A stretch of 64,000 nt of DNA from the NCBI GenBank assembly GCA_040766525.1, contig JAXGQI010000007.1, positions 3,166 to 67,165 of the forward strand, given 5' to 3'. Position numbers and translations under genes: made by a program. Source of the stretch: Clostridiales bacterium (GTDB lineage: Bacteria; Bacillota; Dehalobacteriia; UBA7702). This document shows positions 1 through 8,466 of the stretch, in pieces (position 1 is the first letter of the stretch; every line of letters begins with the position of its first letter). The notes beneath the pieces are model-generated. The model ran no database searches and was not told the DNA's origin. It saw nothing but the letters and a program-made list of their open reading frames with translations.

Positions 1-2
1 TG

Positions 3-767
3 GTTGGTTTGTTCAGAGGTTATACCTCCTTTATCTTGAATTTGACCACCAATAGTTATGGCTTGATGCTTTCCGATTTCTTCCGCATCAGCCTTTGGAC
101 CGACCCATTCACCGTTTTGGAAAGCGGTGCTGGTTTCCCGCAATGGTGGACGATTTTCTATTGGGCATGGTGGCTTGCTTATGGTCCCATGATGGGCTTG
201 TTCGTAGCTCGTATCTCCAAAGGCCGCACCATTCGCGAATTGGTTATTGCTGAAATCGTTTGGGGTACTGTTGGCACCAACGTTATGTTCGCCATCATGG
301 GCGGCTACAGCATGTATCTTGAATGGACCGGAACGATGCCTTTGACCGAAGCTTTGGCGGAATTGGGCAATGTTGGTACCATCGTTGCTGTTTTGAATAC
401 GATGCCTTTGGCAGCACCTTTGATGATTCTCTACATGGTCTTGCTCTTCATCTTCGTTTCTACGACCATCGACTCTTCGGCTTATACGATTGCGTCGGTT
501 TGTTCGAAAGACTTGAAAGCGGAAGATCAGCCTGCTCGTTGGCACCGGTTCTTCTGGGCTATTTTCCTTGCGGTTTTGGCCATTGTTCTTGCCTACCTGA
601 AGGTTGACGGTGTCATTCAGACATTGTCCCTCGTGGCAGCCGTTCCGCTTATTCCGATCTTTGTCATCTTGGTCCTCTCGGGCAATAAGATGCTGAAAGA
701 AGATTTTGGCGATTCCAAATCGAAGCTTTTGACCACGACCAAATATGATCAGGCTGAAGCTGAATAA
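3..767 (+). CDS. BCCT-family (betaine/carnitine/choline) transporter, C-terminal ~255 codons; the 5' end lies outside the window
   Basis: The frame is open to the window edge. WTIFYWAWWLAYGPMMGLFVARISKGRTIRE matches the conserved BCCT signature segment, followed by several hydrophobic TM stretches. Confidence 0.85.
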   Translation, partial: VGLFRGYTSFILNLTTNSYGLMLSDFFRISLWTDPFTVLESGAGFPQWWTIFYWAWWLAYGPMMGLFVARISKGRTIRELVIAEIVWGTVGTNVMFAIMGGYSMYLEWTGTMPLTEALAELGNVGTIVAVLNTMPLAAPLMILYMVLLFIFVSTTIDSSAYTIASVCSKDLKAEDQPARWHRFFWAIFLAVLAIVLAYLKVDGVIQTLSLVAAVPLIPIFVILVLSGNKMLKEDFGDSKSKLLTTTKYDQAEAE

Positions 768-797
768 GCAGTAAAGTATAATCTAGGGTATTAAAAG

Positions 798-2161
798 GGC
801 TCAAAGTCAAATATTGGGGTAAGAGAGTAGACTAAAGGAACAAGGGAGGCGATTGCGGAAGCAAAAGCCTCCTTTAGGCATTGTAATATAAAAGGATTCT
901 GCGGCGGAAGTTCTGGAAATTGCGATAGCCGTAAGCAATGCGCTTTAGTACTTTAATAGAGTTATTGACGCCCTCGGTGAAGCCATTGGAATAGCTGCAA
1001 TCGAAAGCATTGAGAATATAGGGTTCCCAGTTGCGAAGCATCGTTAAGCAAGGGGCAAATTCTTGTATATCGGCAACCGCAGCATGGAGGCGAAAAGCAC
1101 GAAGGCGGTTAGCAGCCTCAATGGAGTTATTTGCAGCCATGAATTCATAAAACTTTTCTTTGAGGAGATAGGCTTCCCTAAGATCAGGGGAATAGGTTAG
1201 CATCAACTCTACGGCAGCCTTGTTTTCATCGGATAGTTTGTTCATATGACAAAGCAGGAGCTTACGGCTGCGTTTAAAGTATTTACGCTGTTGAGGCAGA
1301 AGCATTTTTTGAATGCGCTTGCGCACATTTTCCAGAGCCCAAGTACAATAGCGCATGACATGGAAGCGGTCAATAATGATTTTGGCATTGGGAAGCAAGG
1401 CCTTGGCAATACGAAGATACTCCTTGTTCATGTCCATGATAAAATACTGTACCTGTTTACGGTTAGAAAAGGATCGTAGGTATTCGCAAATATTGGCAGA
1501 ATAGCGGGTAGGCAGGACATCCAGTATTCGTTTTTCTGTTGGGGAAGTCAAAATACATTGGAACTTGCCAAATTCGGTATTACCTCTAAATTCGTCGATA
1601 GAAAGAACCGTAGGCAGCCGATTTGGCTTATGAGAGGAAGCAAATTGAAGCCAGCGGTTCACACTGGAGGGAGAAACCCCTAAAAGAGTAGCAATATCCT
1701 TACAGGATTGTTTGTACTTGAGCATATGGAGGCATTGAGCCACCAGGCGATTTGTGATTCTATGCCATTTAGGTAAGAGGTAATTCTTCTCATAAAAGCG
1801 CTTATCACAGCAAGGACAGCGGTAACGCCGTTTTTCATATAGCCATATGAGATGTATCCCTTGTATGGGGCTGTCTTTTACCCTTTGTAGCCTGTAATCA
1901 TGGACCTTGTCTGTAAGGGTTTGGCAATGGGGGCAAGGGGAGAGTCTTCGTTGCATCCGAAGACGCAATGTGATGGTATCCGAGGTATGCTTTACATCTT
2001 CTACGATTAGGTGTTCCATATCCAAAAGTTTTGCGGTATAATCTTGTTGAGGCATTTTGTTTCTCCTTCTTGTAGGGTTTTGTGTTGTGACTTTAGTCTA
2101 CAAGATTTTGAAGCTTTTTGCCTCTTTTTTTTTCTCTTACCCCAATCTTTAGTATAGAGCC
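798..2161 (-). mobile_element. ISL3-family insertion sequence (~1.36 kb)
   Basis: Imperfect terminal inverted repeats: GGCTCaaagtcaaatATTGGGGTAAGAGA at 798 and its complement TCTCTTACCCCAATctttagtataGAGCC ending at 2161. They enclose a single transposase ORF. No clean 8-bp target duplication was found (attaaaag vs tgtttttt). Confidence 0.8.
874..2055 (-). CDS. ISL3-family transposase
   Basis: 393 aa with an N-terminal CPHC..CPCC zinc-finger region followed by a DDE transposase core (ILSIDEFRG..., IIDRFHV...) typical of ISL3/IS204/IS1001-type transposases. Confidence 0.9.
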   Translation of the reverse strand: MPQQDYTAKLLDMEHLIVEDVKHTSDTITLRLRMQRRLSPCPHCQTLTDKVHDYRLQRVKDSPIQGIHLIWLYEKRRYRCPCCDKRFYEKNYLLPKWHRITNRLVAQCLHMLKYKQSCKDIATLLGVSPSSVNRWLQFASSHKPNRLPTVLSIDEFRGNTEFGKFQCILTSPTEKRILDVLPTRYSANICEYLRSFSNRKQVQYFIMDMNKEYLRIAKALLPNAKIIIDRFHVMRYCTWALENVRKRIQKMLLPQQRKYFKRSRKLLLCHMNKLSDENKAAVELMLTYSPDLREAYLLKEKFYEFMAANNSIEAANRLRAFRLHAAVADIQEFAPCLTMLRNWEPYILNAFDCSYSNGFTEGVNNSIKVLKRIAYGYRNFQNFRRRILLYYNA

Positions 2162-2245
2162 TGTTTTTTAGGAAGAAATGACCCGTTTTGCCATGAAAAG
2201 GCAAGGAAAAGGAGGTTTATTCGGGGATTGCATAAAAATTTGGAC

Positions 2246-2274
2246 TGGACAAAAAAGGGCGCTTTCACTATAAT
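2246..2274 (+). promoter_or_regulatory. putative sigma-A promoter of the SSS-paaK-iorAB operon
   Basis: TGGACA, 17-nt spacer, TATAAT (2269-2274), about 70 nt upstream of the 2347 start. Confidence 0.4.
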
Positions 2275-2346
2275 ATTATATTGTAGGTAACTGTGGTACG
2301 GCGTAGTTTGTAATTATTTTTATTAGTACGGAAGGATGGTAGAATC

Positions 2347-3801
2347 ATGGAGTTTTTTATTCTAGGCCTATATGTTGCCGTTCTTTTAACGGTGGGCATC
2401 ATTGGCATGCGCAAAACCAAAACCCTGAACGATTTTCTGGTAGCCGGTAGAAATATTGGTCCCTGGGTGTCGGCTTTTTCTTATGGGACCGCCTATTTTT
2501 CCGCCGTGATCTTTATTGGATATGCCGGAAAATTAGGTTGGGGCTTTGGTCTTTCTGTTTTGTGGATCGTAATCGGGAATGCCCTCATTGGCGGCTTTTT
2601 CGCCTGGAAAGTGTTGGCAAAAAGAACCCGGAGGATGACGGTGCAGATGAATGTGATGACGATGGCCAGTTTTTTGGAAAAACGGTACCTTTCCAAAGGG
2701 CTGAAATTCGTCGGGGCCATGGTGATTTTTATTTTTCTGGTGCCCTATTCCGCTTCGGTTTGCATGGGTTTAAGTTACTTTTTTGAATCGGTCTTCGGGA
2801 TTCCCTATGTTGTGGCATTGCTGTTCATTACGGTTTTGACTGGTGTTTATTTAACGATGGGCGGTTATTTTTCCGCCACCTTGGTCGATTTTATCCAAGG
2901 GATCATTATGATTGCCGGCGTCTTTTTGATGGTTTTTTTCGTGACCGGGAGTCCGGAAGTCGGCGGCTTCACCAATGTGGTGAGCGGTTTACGGGAAATC
3001 GACCCGGCTTTGGTCGCTCCGGTGGGCCCCGGCGGCATTGTTACCCTGGTTTCTTTGGTGATCTTGACCTCCTTTGGGACCTGGGGTTTGCCTCAAATGG
3101 TGCAGAAGTATTATGCGGTCAAAGATGAACGGGTCGTGAAAACGGCGACTTGGGTTACGACGGCATTTGCCCTCATCATTGCCTTCGGCGCATATTTTAC
3201 CGGCAGTTTGAGCCACTTTTTCTTTGCGGATCTCGATGTTTTGGGCGGCAGGGTCGATATGATCATGCCTACGATCATTGCCCAGACATTGCCTTCTTTC
3301 CTGGCCGTGATTATTTTGATCATGGTGATGTCCGCTTCGATGTCGACTTTATCCTCTTTGGTGATGGTATCCAGTTCCGCAATTGCCGTAGATTTGATGG
3401 GTACGGTGAAACCGGATTTTGATAAGAAAAAGAGCATGATCCTGATGCGGGTCCTCTGCATGGTATTTGTCTTGTTGACTTTTTATATCGCCTTGAAACC
3501 GCCGACCTTTATTGTAAACTTGATGGCGCTTTCCTGGGGTGTGGTGGCCGGTTCTTTCTTATCCATTTATCTGTACGGCCTCTATTCCAAGAAGGTGACC
3601 CGGGCGGCGGCCTGGTCCGGTTTGGTGACCGGTTTGATCATTTCCATCGGTGGGGCCTTGCTTTTCCCCGGATATATTCCGACGGCCGCTTGTGTGGCGA
3701 TGATTGCTCCCTTGGTGGTCGTGCCGATCGTGAGCCAGTTTACGAAACCGTTGCCTGAAGAACATGTCGCATTCGTCTTTGGCGAAGGGCAGGAAAATTA
3801 A
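2347..3801 (+). CDS. sodium:solute symporter (SSS) family transporter
   Basis: 484 aa, about 13 hydrophobic segments. The N-terminal LNDFLVAGRNIGPW..SYGTAYFSAV pattern is typical of SSS symporters. Confidence 0.85.
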   Translation: MEFFILGLYVAVLLTVGIIGMRKTKTLNDFLVAGRNIGPWVSAFSYGTAYFSAVIFIGYAGKLGWGFGLSVLWIVIGNALIGGFFAWKVLAKRTRRMTVQMNVMTMASFLEKRYLSKGLKFVGAMVIFIFLVPYSASVCMGLSYFFESVFGIPYVVALLFITVLTGVYLTMGGYFSATLVDFIQGIIMIAGVFLMVFFVTGSPEVGGFTNVVSGLREIDPALVAPVGPGGIVTLVSLVILTSFGTWGLPQMVQKYYAVKDERVVKTATWVTTAFALIIAFGAYFTGSLSHFFFADLDVLGGRVDMIMPTIIAQTLPSFLAVIILIMVMSASMSTLSSLVMVSSSAIAVDLMGTVKPDFDKKKSMILMRVLCMVFVLLTFYIALKPPTFIVNLMALSWGVVAGSFLSIYLYGLYSKKVTRAAAWSGLVTGLIISIGGALLFPGYIPTAACVAMIAPLVVVPIVSQFTKPLPEEHVAFVFGEGQEN

Positions 3802-3822
3802 GATAAAGCGAGATGATAGAAG

Positions 3823-5124
3823 ATGATTTGGCGTCCCGAAATCGAATGCTGCACCCAGAAAAAAATCGAAGAAATACAGTTAGAGCGTTTAAAGGCGACC
3901 GTACAGCGGGTCTATGATAAAATCCCCGCCTATAAGGAAAAGTTTGATCAAGCGGGGGTGAAGCCTTCCGAGATCCGTTCTCTGAAGGATATCGCGAAAT
4001 TCCCCTTCACCACGAAGGTGGATTTGCGGGACAACTATCCCTTCGGTCTCTTTGCTGTGCCTCAAAAGGAGATCGTTCGCGTGCACGCCTCTTCCGGGAC
4101 GACGGGGAAACCCATCGTTGTCGGTTATACCGCCTATGATATGGATGCTTGGACCGATTGCGTTGCGCGGATGGCGGCGGCTGCCGGGGTAACGCCCTAT
4201 GACACGACGCAAATCTGCTTTAGTTACGGTCTTTTTACCGGCGGCTTCGGTTTGCATTATGGTCTGGAACGGTTGGGCGCTACCGTGATTCCCATTTCCG
4301 GTGGGAATACGGAAAAACAACTTATGATCATGCAGGATTTCGGAACGACAACGCTGATCTCCACGCCTTCCTATTCCCTCTATATCGCAGAGGTGGCGGA
4401 AAGAATGGGGATTGATATGGAAAAAATGAAGCTCCGTGTCGGTCTCTTTGGCGGGGAGCCTTGGACCGATGGGATGCGCAAAGAAATCGAAAGTCGTCTC
4501 GCGATTTTAGCTACGGATAATTATGGTTTCAGCGAGATCATGGGCCCGGGGGTTGCGGGGGAATGTCCCTTCGCCACCGGTCTCCATATCGCGGAAGACC
4601 AGGTTTTGGTCGAAACCATCGATCCCAAGACCGGCGAAGTGTTGCCTCCGGGGGAAAAAGGGGAGCTTGTCTTCACCTCTCTTAATCGTGATGCTTGCCC
4701 GGTGGTGCGCTATCGCAGCAAAGATATTTCTCGCATTATTCAGGAGCCTTGCGCCTGCGGCCGTACAAGCGCTCGGATGGAACGGATTACCGGCCGCACC
4801 GATGATATGATGATCATTCGCGGGGTCAATGTATTCCCCTCACAGATAGAAGAAGTTTTGATGGGCATCGAGGGCATCGGCCCCGAATACCAGATCAACG
4901 TGTTCCGCAAGGGCTATCTTGATGATTTGGAAGTCCTGGTGGAATTGAGAGACGGCACGCTTTTGGAAAAATTCAGCGAATTGGAGAATTTAGAGCGTTC
5001 CATTGTCAATAAACTCCACAATGTTTTGTCGATTAATGTGAAGGTTCGTTTGGTGGAACCCCATACCTTTGAGCGTTCTCCGGGGAAAGCCAAGAGAGTG
5101 AATGATCTGCGGGAGAAGAAATAG
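3823..5124 (+). CDS. paaK: phenylacetate-CoA ligase family protein (PaaK-like aryl-acid adenylating enzyme)
   Basis: 433 aa. Contains FPFTTKVDLRDNYPFGLFAVP, HASSGTTGKP (AMP-binding P-loop) and YRSKDISR motifs characteristic of PaaK-type ligases. Confidence 0.85.
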   Translation: MIWRPEIECCTQKKIEEIQLERLKATVQRVYDKIPAYKEKFDQAGVKPSEIRSLKDIAKFPFTTKVDLRDNYPFGLFAVPQKEIVRVHASSGTTGKPIVVGYTAYDMDAWTDCVARMAAAAGVTPYDTTQICFSYGLFTGGFGLHYGLERLGATVIPISGGNTEKQLMIMQDFGTTTLISTPSYSLYIAEVAERMGIDMEKMKLRVGLFGGEPWTDGMRKEIESRLAILATDNYGFSEIMGPGVAGECPFATGLHIAEDQVLVETIDPKTGEVLPPGEKGELVFTSLNRDACPVVRYRSKDISRIIQEPCACGRTSARMERITGRTDDMMIIRGVNVFPSQIEEVLMGIEGIGPEYQINVFRKGYLDDLEVLVELRDGTLLEKFSELENLERSIVNKLHNVLSINVKVRLVEPHTFERSPGKAKRVNDLREKK

Positions 5125-5158
5125 CAGCGAGGAATCTATGAAGACGGGAAGGGATTGT

Positions 5159-6897
5159 ATGAAAGTATTGATGACGGGGAATGAAGCCATCGCAAGAGGC
5201 GCTTGGGAAGCCGGCGTTCGGGTCGTTGCCGCTTACCCCGGGACCCCCAGCACGGAAATAACCGAGAATGCGGCCAAATATGAGGAGCTGTATGCGGAAT
5301 GGGCCCCCAATGAAAAAGTTGCCATGGAGGTGGCGATTGGCGCCGCTGTCAGCGGCGGCAGGGCTTTGGCTTGTATGAAGCATGTCGGCGTCAATGTGGC
5401 TTCCGACCCCTTGATGACGGTGGCGTTTACCGGCGTCAACGGCGGTTTGGTTTTGGTTTCTGCGGATGATCCGGGGATGCACAGTTCCCAAAATGAGCAG
5501 GACAATCGGCAATATGGGCGTTTGGCCAAAATTCCGGTTTTGGAACCTGCCGATAGCAGTGAAGCCCTGGCTTTTACCAAAATGGCTTTTGAGATCAGCG
5601 AAACTTTTGATACGCCCGTGATGTTAAGGATCACCACCAGGGTTGCCCACTCACAGTCCCTTGTCGAGCTGGGAGAGCGGGTGGAAATCCCCTTGAAGCC
5701 CTATGAAAAAGACCCGGCAAAATTTGTGATGATCCCGGCCCATGCCCGTCCCCGCCACAGTATTGCCGAAGCGCGGCTGGATAAATTAAGAGCATACGGG
5801 GAACAGACCGCTTTAAACCAAGTGGAGATCAATGATCGGAAGATCGGCATCATCACCAGCGGTATCGTTTATCAATATGTGAAGGAAGCTTTGCCCAACG
5901 CTTCCGTTTTGAAGTTGGGCTTGACCAATCCCCTGCCGAAGCAGCTCTTGATCGATTTTACGGCCCAGGTAGAAAAGGTCTATGTGATTGAAGAGTTAGA
6001 CCCGATCATTGAGGAGCATTGTCGGATCCTGGGGCTGTCGGTCATCAGGGAAAAGATCTTTAGCTTAGAAGGCGAGATCTTCCCGGAAATTATTGCCCAA
6101 AAATTCTTGGGGAAGAGCTTCCGATTCCTTATCGTTATGAGGGCGTTATGCCAAACCGTCCTCCGGTTCTTTGCGCCGGTTGCCCCCATCGGGCGGCCTT
6201 CTATGTGATGAAAAAGCTGAAACTCCATGTGATGGGAGATATCGGCTGTTATACTTTGGGTTGTTTGCCGCCTTTGCAGAGTATTGACACCACGGTCTGC
6301 ATGGGGGCCAGTATCGGGATGGCCTTAGGTGCGGAAAAAAGCTCGGGGCAAGGAATTTGCGAAAAAATCCGTGGCGATTTTGGGGGATTCCACTTTTATC
6401 CATTCCGGGATAACCGGGCTTATCGATACGGTCTATAATAAAGGGATGACGACGACGATGATCCTGGATAATCGGATCACCGCTATGACCGGGCATCAGG
6501 AGAATCCTTTGACGGGGCGCCGTGTCAGCGGGGAGCCGACGAAGGACATCTCCTTAGAGCTTTTGGTCAAAGGGTTGGGGATTGACCGTATTGCGGTCGT
6601 CGACCCCTTCGACGTTAAGGAATTGGAGCCGGATTTTGAAAGAAGAATTGGCGGCGGAGGAACCCTTCCGTGATTATCAGCCGCCGGCCTTGCGCACTTT
6701 TAGAGCGGGAAGAGAAAGAGCCCTGCCGCATCGACCCGGAACGCTGCATGCGTTGTAACCGTTGTTTGAAGATGGGCTGCCCGGCAATCGTGAAGACGGA
6801 TGCAGCTCCCTTTATCGATGCTTCCCAATGCGTCGGCTGCGGTCTTTGTGTTGCAATTTGCCCCCACGGGGTCATCGAAATGGAGGGGAAAGACTGA
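5159..6897 (+). pseudogene. iorA: indolepyruvate:ferredoxin oxidoreductase alpha subunit, frame-disrupted (at least 4 shifts)
   Basis: N-terminus MKVLMTGNEAIARGAWEAGV. The sequence continues through ORFs 5102-6208, 6148-6438, 6329-6673 and 6670-6897 in different frames (..PPVLCAGCPHRAAFY.., ..AILGDSTFIHSG.., 2x CxxCxxCxxxCP ferredoxin motifs). Shifts map to short homopolymers, e.g. the A6 run at 6335-6340. Confidence 0.85.
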
Positions 6898-7484
6898 TGG
6901 AAACAACGAAAAATATCCTGATCGTCGGTGTTGGCGGACAAGGTACGATTTTGGCCAGCAGAGTATTATCCCAGCTTTTGATCTCCCGTGGTTATGATAT
7001 CAAAGTTTCCGAAATCCATGGGATGTCCCAGCGGGGCGGAAGCGTTACCACCCAGGTGCGCTTCGGCGAGAAAGTGTATTCGCCGATCATTGCCCCGGCA
7101 TCCGCCGATTATATTTTGGCATTTGAAAAATTGGAAGCCCTGCGCGCGCTGCCGTTTCTGAAAGAAGGCGGTCACTTGATCGTGAATGACCAAGTCATCG
7201 ACCCGATGCCCGTCGTTATTGGCGCCCAGCAATATCCGAAGGATATCGATGCTTTTTTGGCGAAGAGCGGCATCCATTATACCCTGCTCCATGCCCGGGG
7301 CATGGCATTGAAGGCGGGGAACGCGAAAGCCGTCAACATGGTATTATTAGGGGCCTGGGCAAAGATTTGGGGTCTCGACCTTGAAGAAGGAAAAGGGATC
7401 TTGGAAGCGAATATCCCGAAGAAGTTTTTAGAAGTCAATCTCGTCGGCTTTGAAATGGGATACCGTGCCGCGGAAAGAGCGTGA
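6897..7484 (+). CDS. iorB: indolepyruvate:ferredoxin oxidoreductase beta subunit
   Basis: METTKNILIVGVGGQGTILASRVL... The ATG overlaps the iorA stop (ATGA-type coupling at 6895-6899). 195 aa, the typical IorB size. Confidence 0.9.
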   Translation: METTKNILIVGVGGQGTILASRVLSQLLISRGYDIKVSEIHGMSQRGGSVTTQVRFGEKVYSPIIAPASADYILAFEKLEALRALPFLKEGGHLIVNDQVIDPMPVVIGAQQYPKDIDAFLAKSGIHYTLLHARGMALKAGNAKAVNMVLLGAWAKIWGLDLEEGKGILEANIPKKFLEVNLVGFEMGYRAAERA

Positions 7485-7490
7485 GAAACA

Positions 7491-7742
7491 GTGAAATCGT
7501 ATGCCGGTCTGCAAAAGGGAAAAGAGATCCGTTGTTCCCGTTGTTTTGATAGGCCAGGGGAGATTTGCCGCTATGGCTGTGATGAACAAGGGTTTTGGTT
7601 CATTGCGCCCTGTAAAAGCTGTGGAGCTTGGATCAAGTGGTATCGTTCCCCGGAGGGGGAAACCTTTGTGGAAAAGGAAGAGACCTCCTTTATCGTAGAT
7701 TTTGTGGACGGCGAGGCGGTATTGTCTTTAGCGAAAGAATAG
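7491..7742 (+). CDS. small Cys-rich hypothetical protein (possible zinc ribbon)
   Basis: 83 aa with a GTG start 6 nt after iorB. Two CxxC pairs (CSRC...CRYGC, CKSC). No family recognised. Confidence 0.4.
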   Translation: MKSYAGLQKGKEIRCSRCFDRPGEICRYGCDEQGFWFIAPCKSCGAWIKWYRSPEGETFVEKEETSFIVDFVDGEAVLSLAKE

Positions 7743-7761
7743 AATGAAATGGAAACAATAG

Positions 7762-7981
7762 ACCCGCAAGCCAACTAACATCGGCTTGCGGGTTTTCGTC
7801 TGCGGGCAATGGCCGATAGCGTCGTCAAACCAAAGCCCCTGACCGCTTGTGTATGTCCGTATACACGGCGCGCCCAGGGCCTTTGTCTTTCCTAGCTCTA
7901 GGCCCTTGACCACAGCCTCTCATCTTGCCGACTTCGTCGACAATCTGACCGCAAGCCAACATTGGCTTGCGGGTTTTCGTC
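7762..7981 (+). repeat. palindromic repeat family, copy A (core 7801-7947) bracketed by a duplicated terminator hairpin
   Basis: The core aligns to the copies at 36.8, 43.5 and 61.3 kb (GCCGATAGCGTyGTCAAACCAAAGCCCCTGACCGC...CCAGGGCCTTTG...CCTAGCTCTAGGCC...GTCGACAATCTG). Flanks 7762-7800 and 7948-7981 are imperfect direct repeats of the hairpin ACC(C)GCAAGCC..GGCTTGCGGGTTTTCGTC. Confidence 0.85.
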
Positions 7982-7999
7982 TTAGGGCAAAAGTTTCTC

Positions 8000-8052
8000 T
8001 TGACAAAAAAAGGGAAAGGGGCTAAATTATTCTTGAATGAGGATAATTTAGC
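8000..8052 (+). promoter_or_regulatory. putative promoter plus perfect 10-bp inverted repeat (candidate HxlR operator)
   Basis: TTGACA (8000-8005), 17 nt, TAAATT. GCTAAATTAT (8021-8030) and ATAATTTAGC (8043-8052) are exact reverse complements overlapping the -10 region. Confidence 0.45.
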
Positions 8053-8088
8053 CCTAAAAAATTTCCCTATGCCGAATAGAGAGGAAGG

Positions 8089-8466
8089 ATGAGAATGGAA
8101 CGGACCTTGAGAGATCATTTAAAGACCCGCTTCACTCATGGTGAATTTACTTGTAAAAAAGAACTGACTTTGTCCATCATCAGCGGAAAATGGAAATCCG
8201 CTATCGTCTATCATTTGGGACATCAAGGTACTTTGCGCTACGGTGAGCTGAAAAAGTACTTGGATGTTTCCGTGAGCCATCGGGTTTTGACGAAGCAATT
8301 ACGGGAATTGGAACAGGATGGCATTATTGCAAGAGAAACCTATCCCACGGTGCCGCCCCGGGTGGAATACAGTATCACACCGATGGGGTTGACCTTATTG
8401 CCCTTGATCGAGCAGCTCCTCGATTGGGGGGAAGCCCATATTGAGTATTATCGGGAATTGCTTTAG
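8089..8466 (+). CDS. HxlR-family winged-helix transcriptional regulator
   Basis: 125 aa. KWKSAIVYHL..GTLRYGELKK...SHRVLTKQLRELEQDGIIARE.YPTVPPRVEYSITPMG is the HxlR signature. An alternative start is at 8095. Confidence 0.85.
   Translation: MRMERTLRDHLKTRFTHGEFTCKKELTLSIISGKWKSAIVYHLGHQGTLRYGELKKYLDVSVSHRVLTKQLRELEQDGIIARETYPTVPPRVEYSITPMGLTLLPLIEQLLDWGEAHIEYYRELL

Noticed and set aside
7825-8118. A family of minus-strand ORFs ending ..RKRSGALV (7825-8118, 36843-37112, 43489-43737, 62360-62671) that could be mistaken for a conserved small protein
   Set aside because: The shared C-terminus is simply the translation of the left arm of the palindromic DNA repeat. The upstream parts are unrelated flanking sequence, and the frames differ in length and start.
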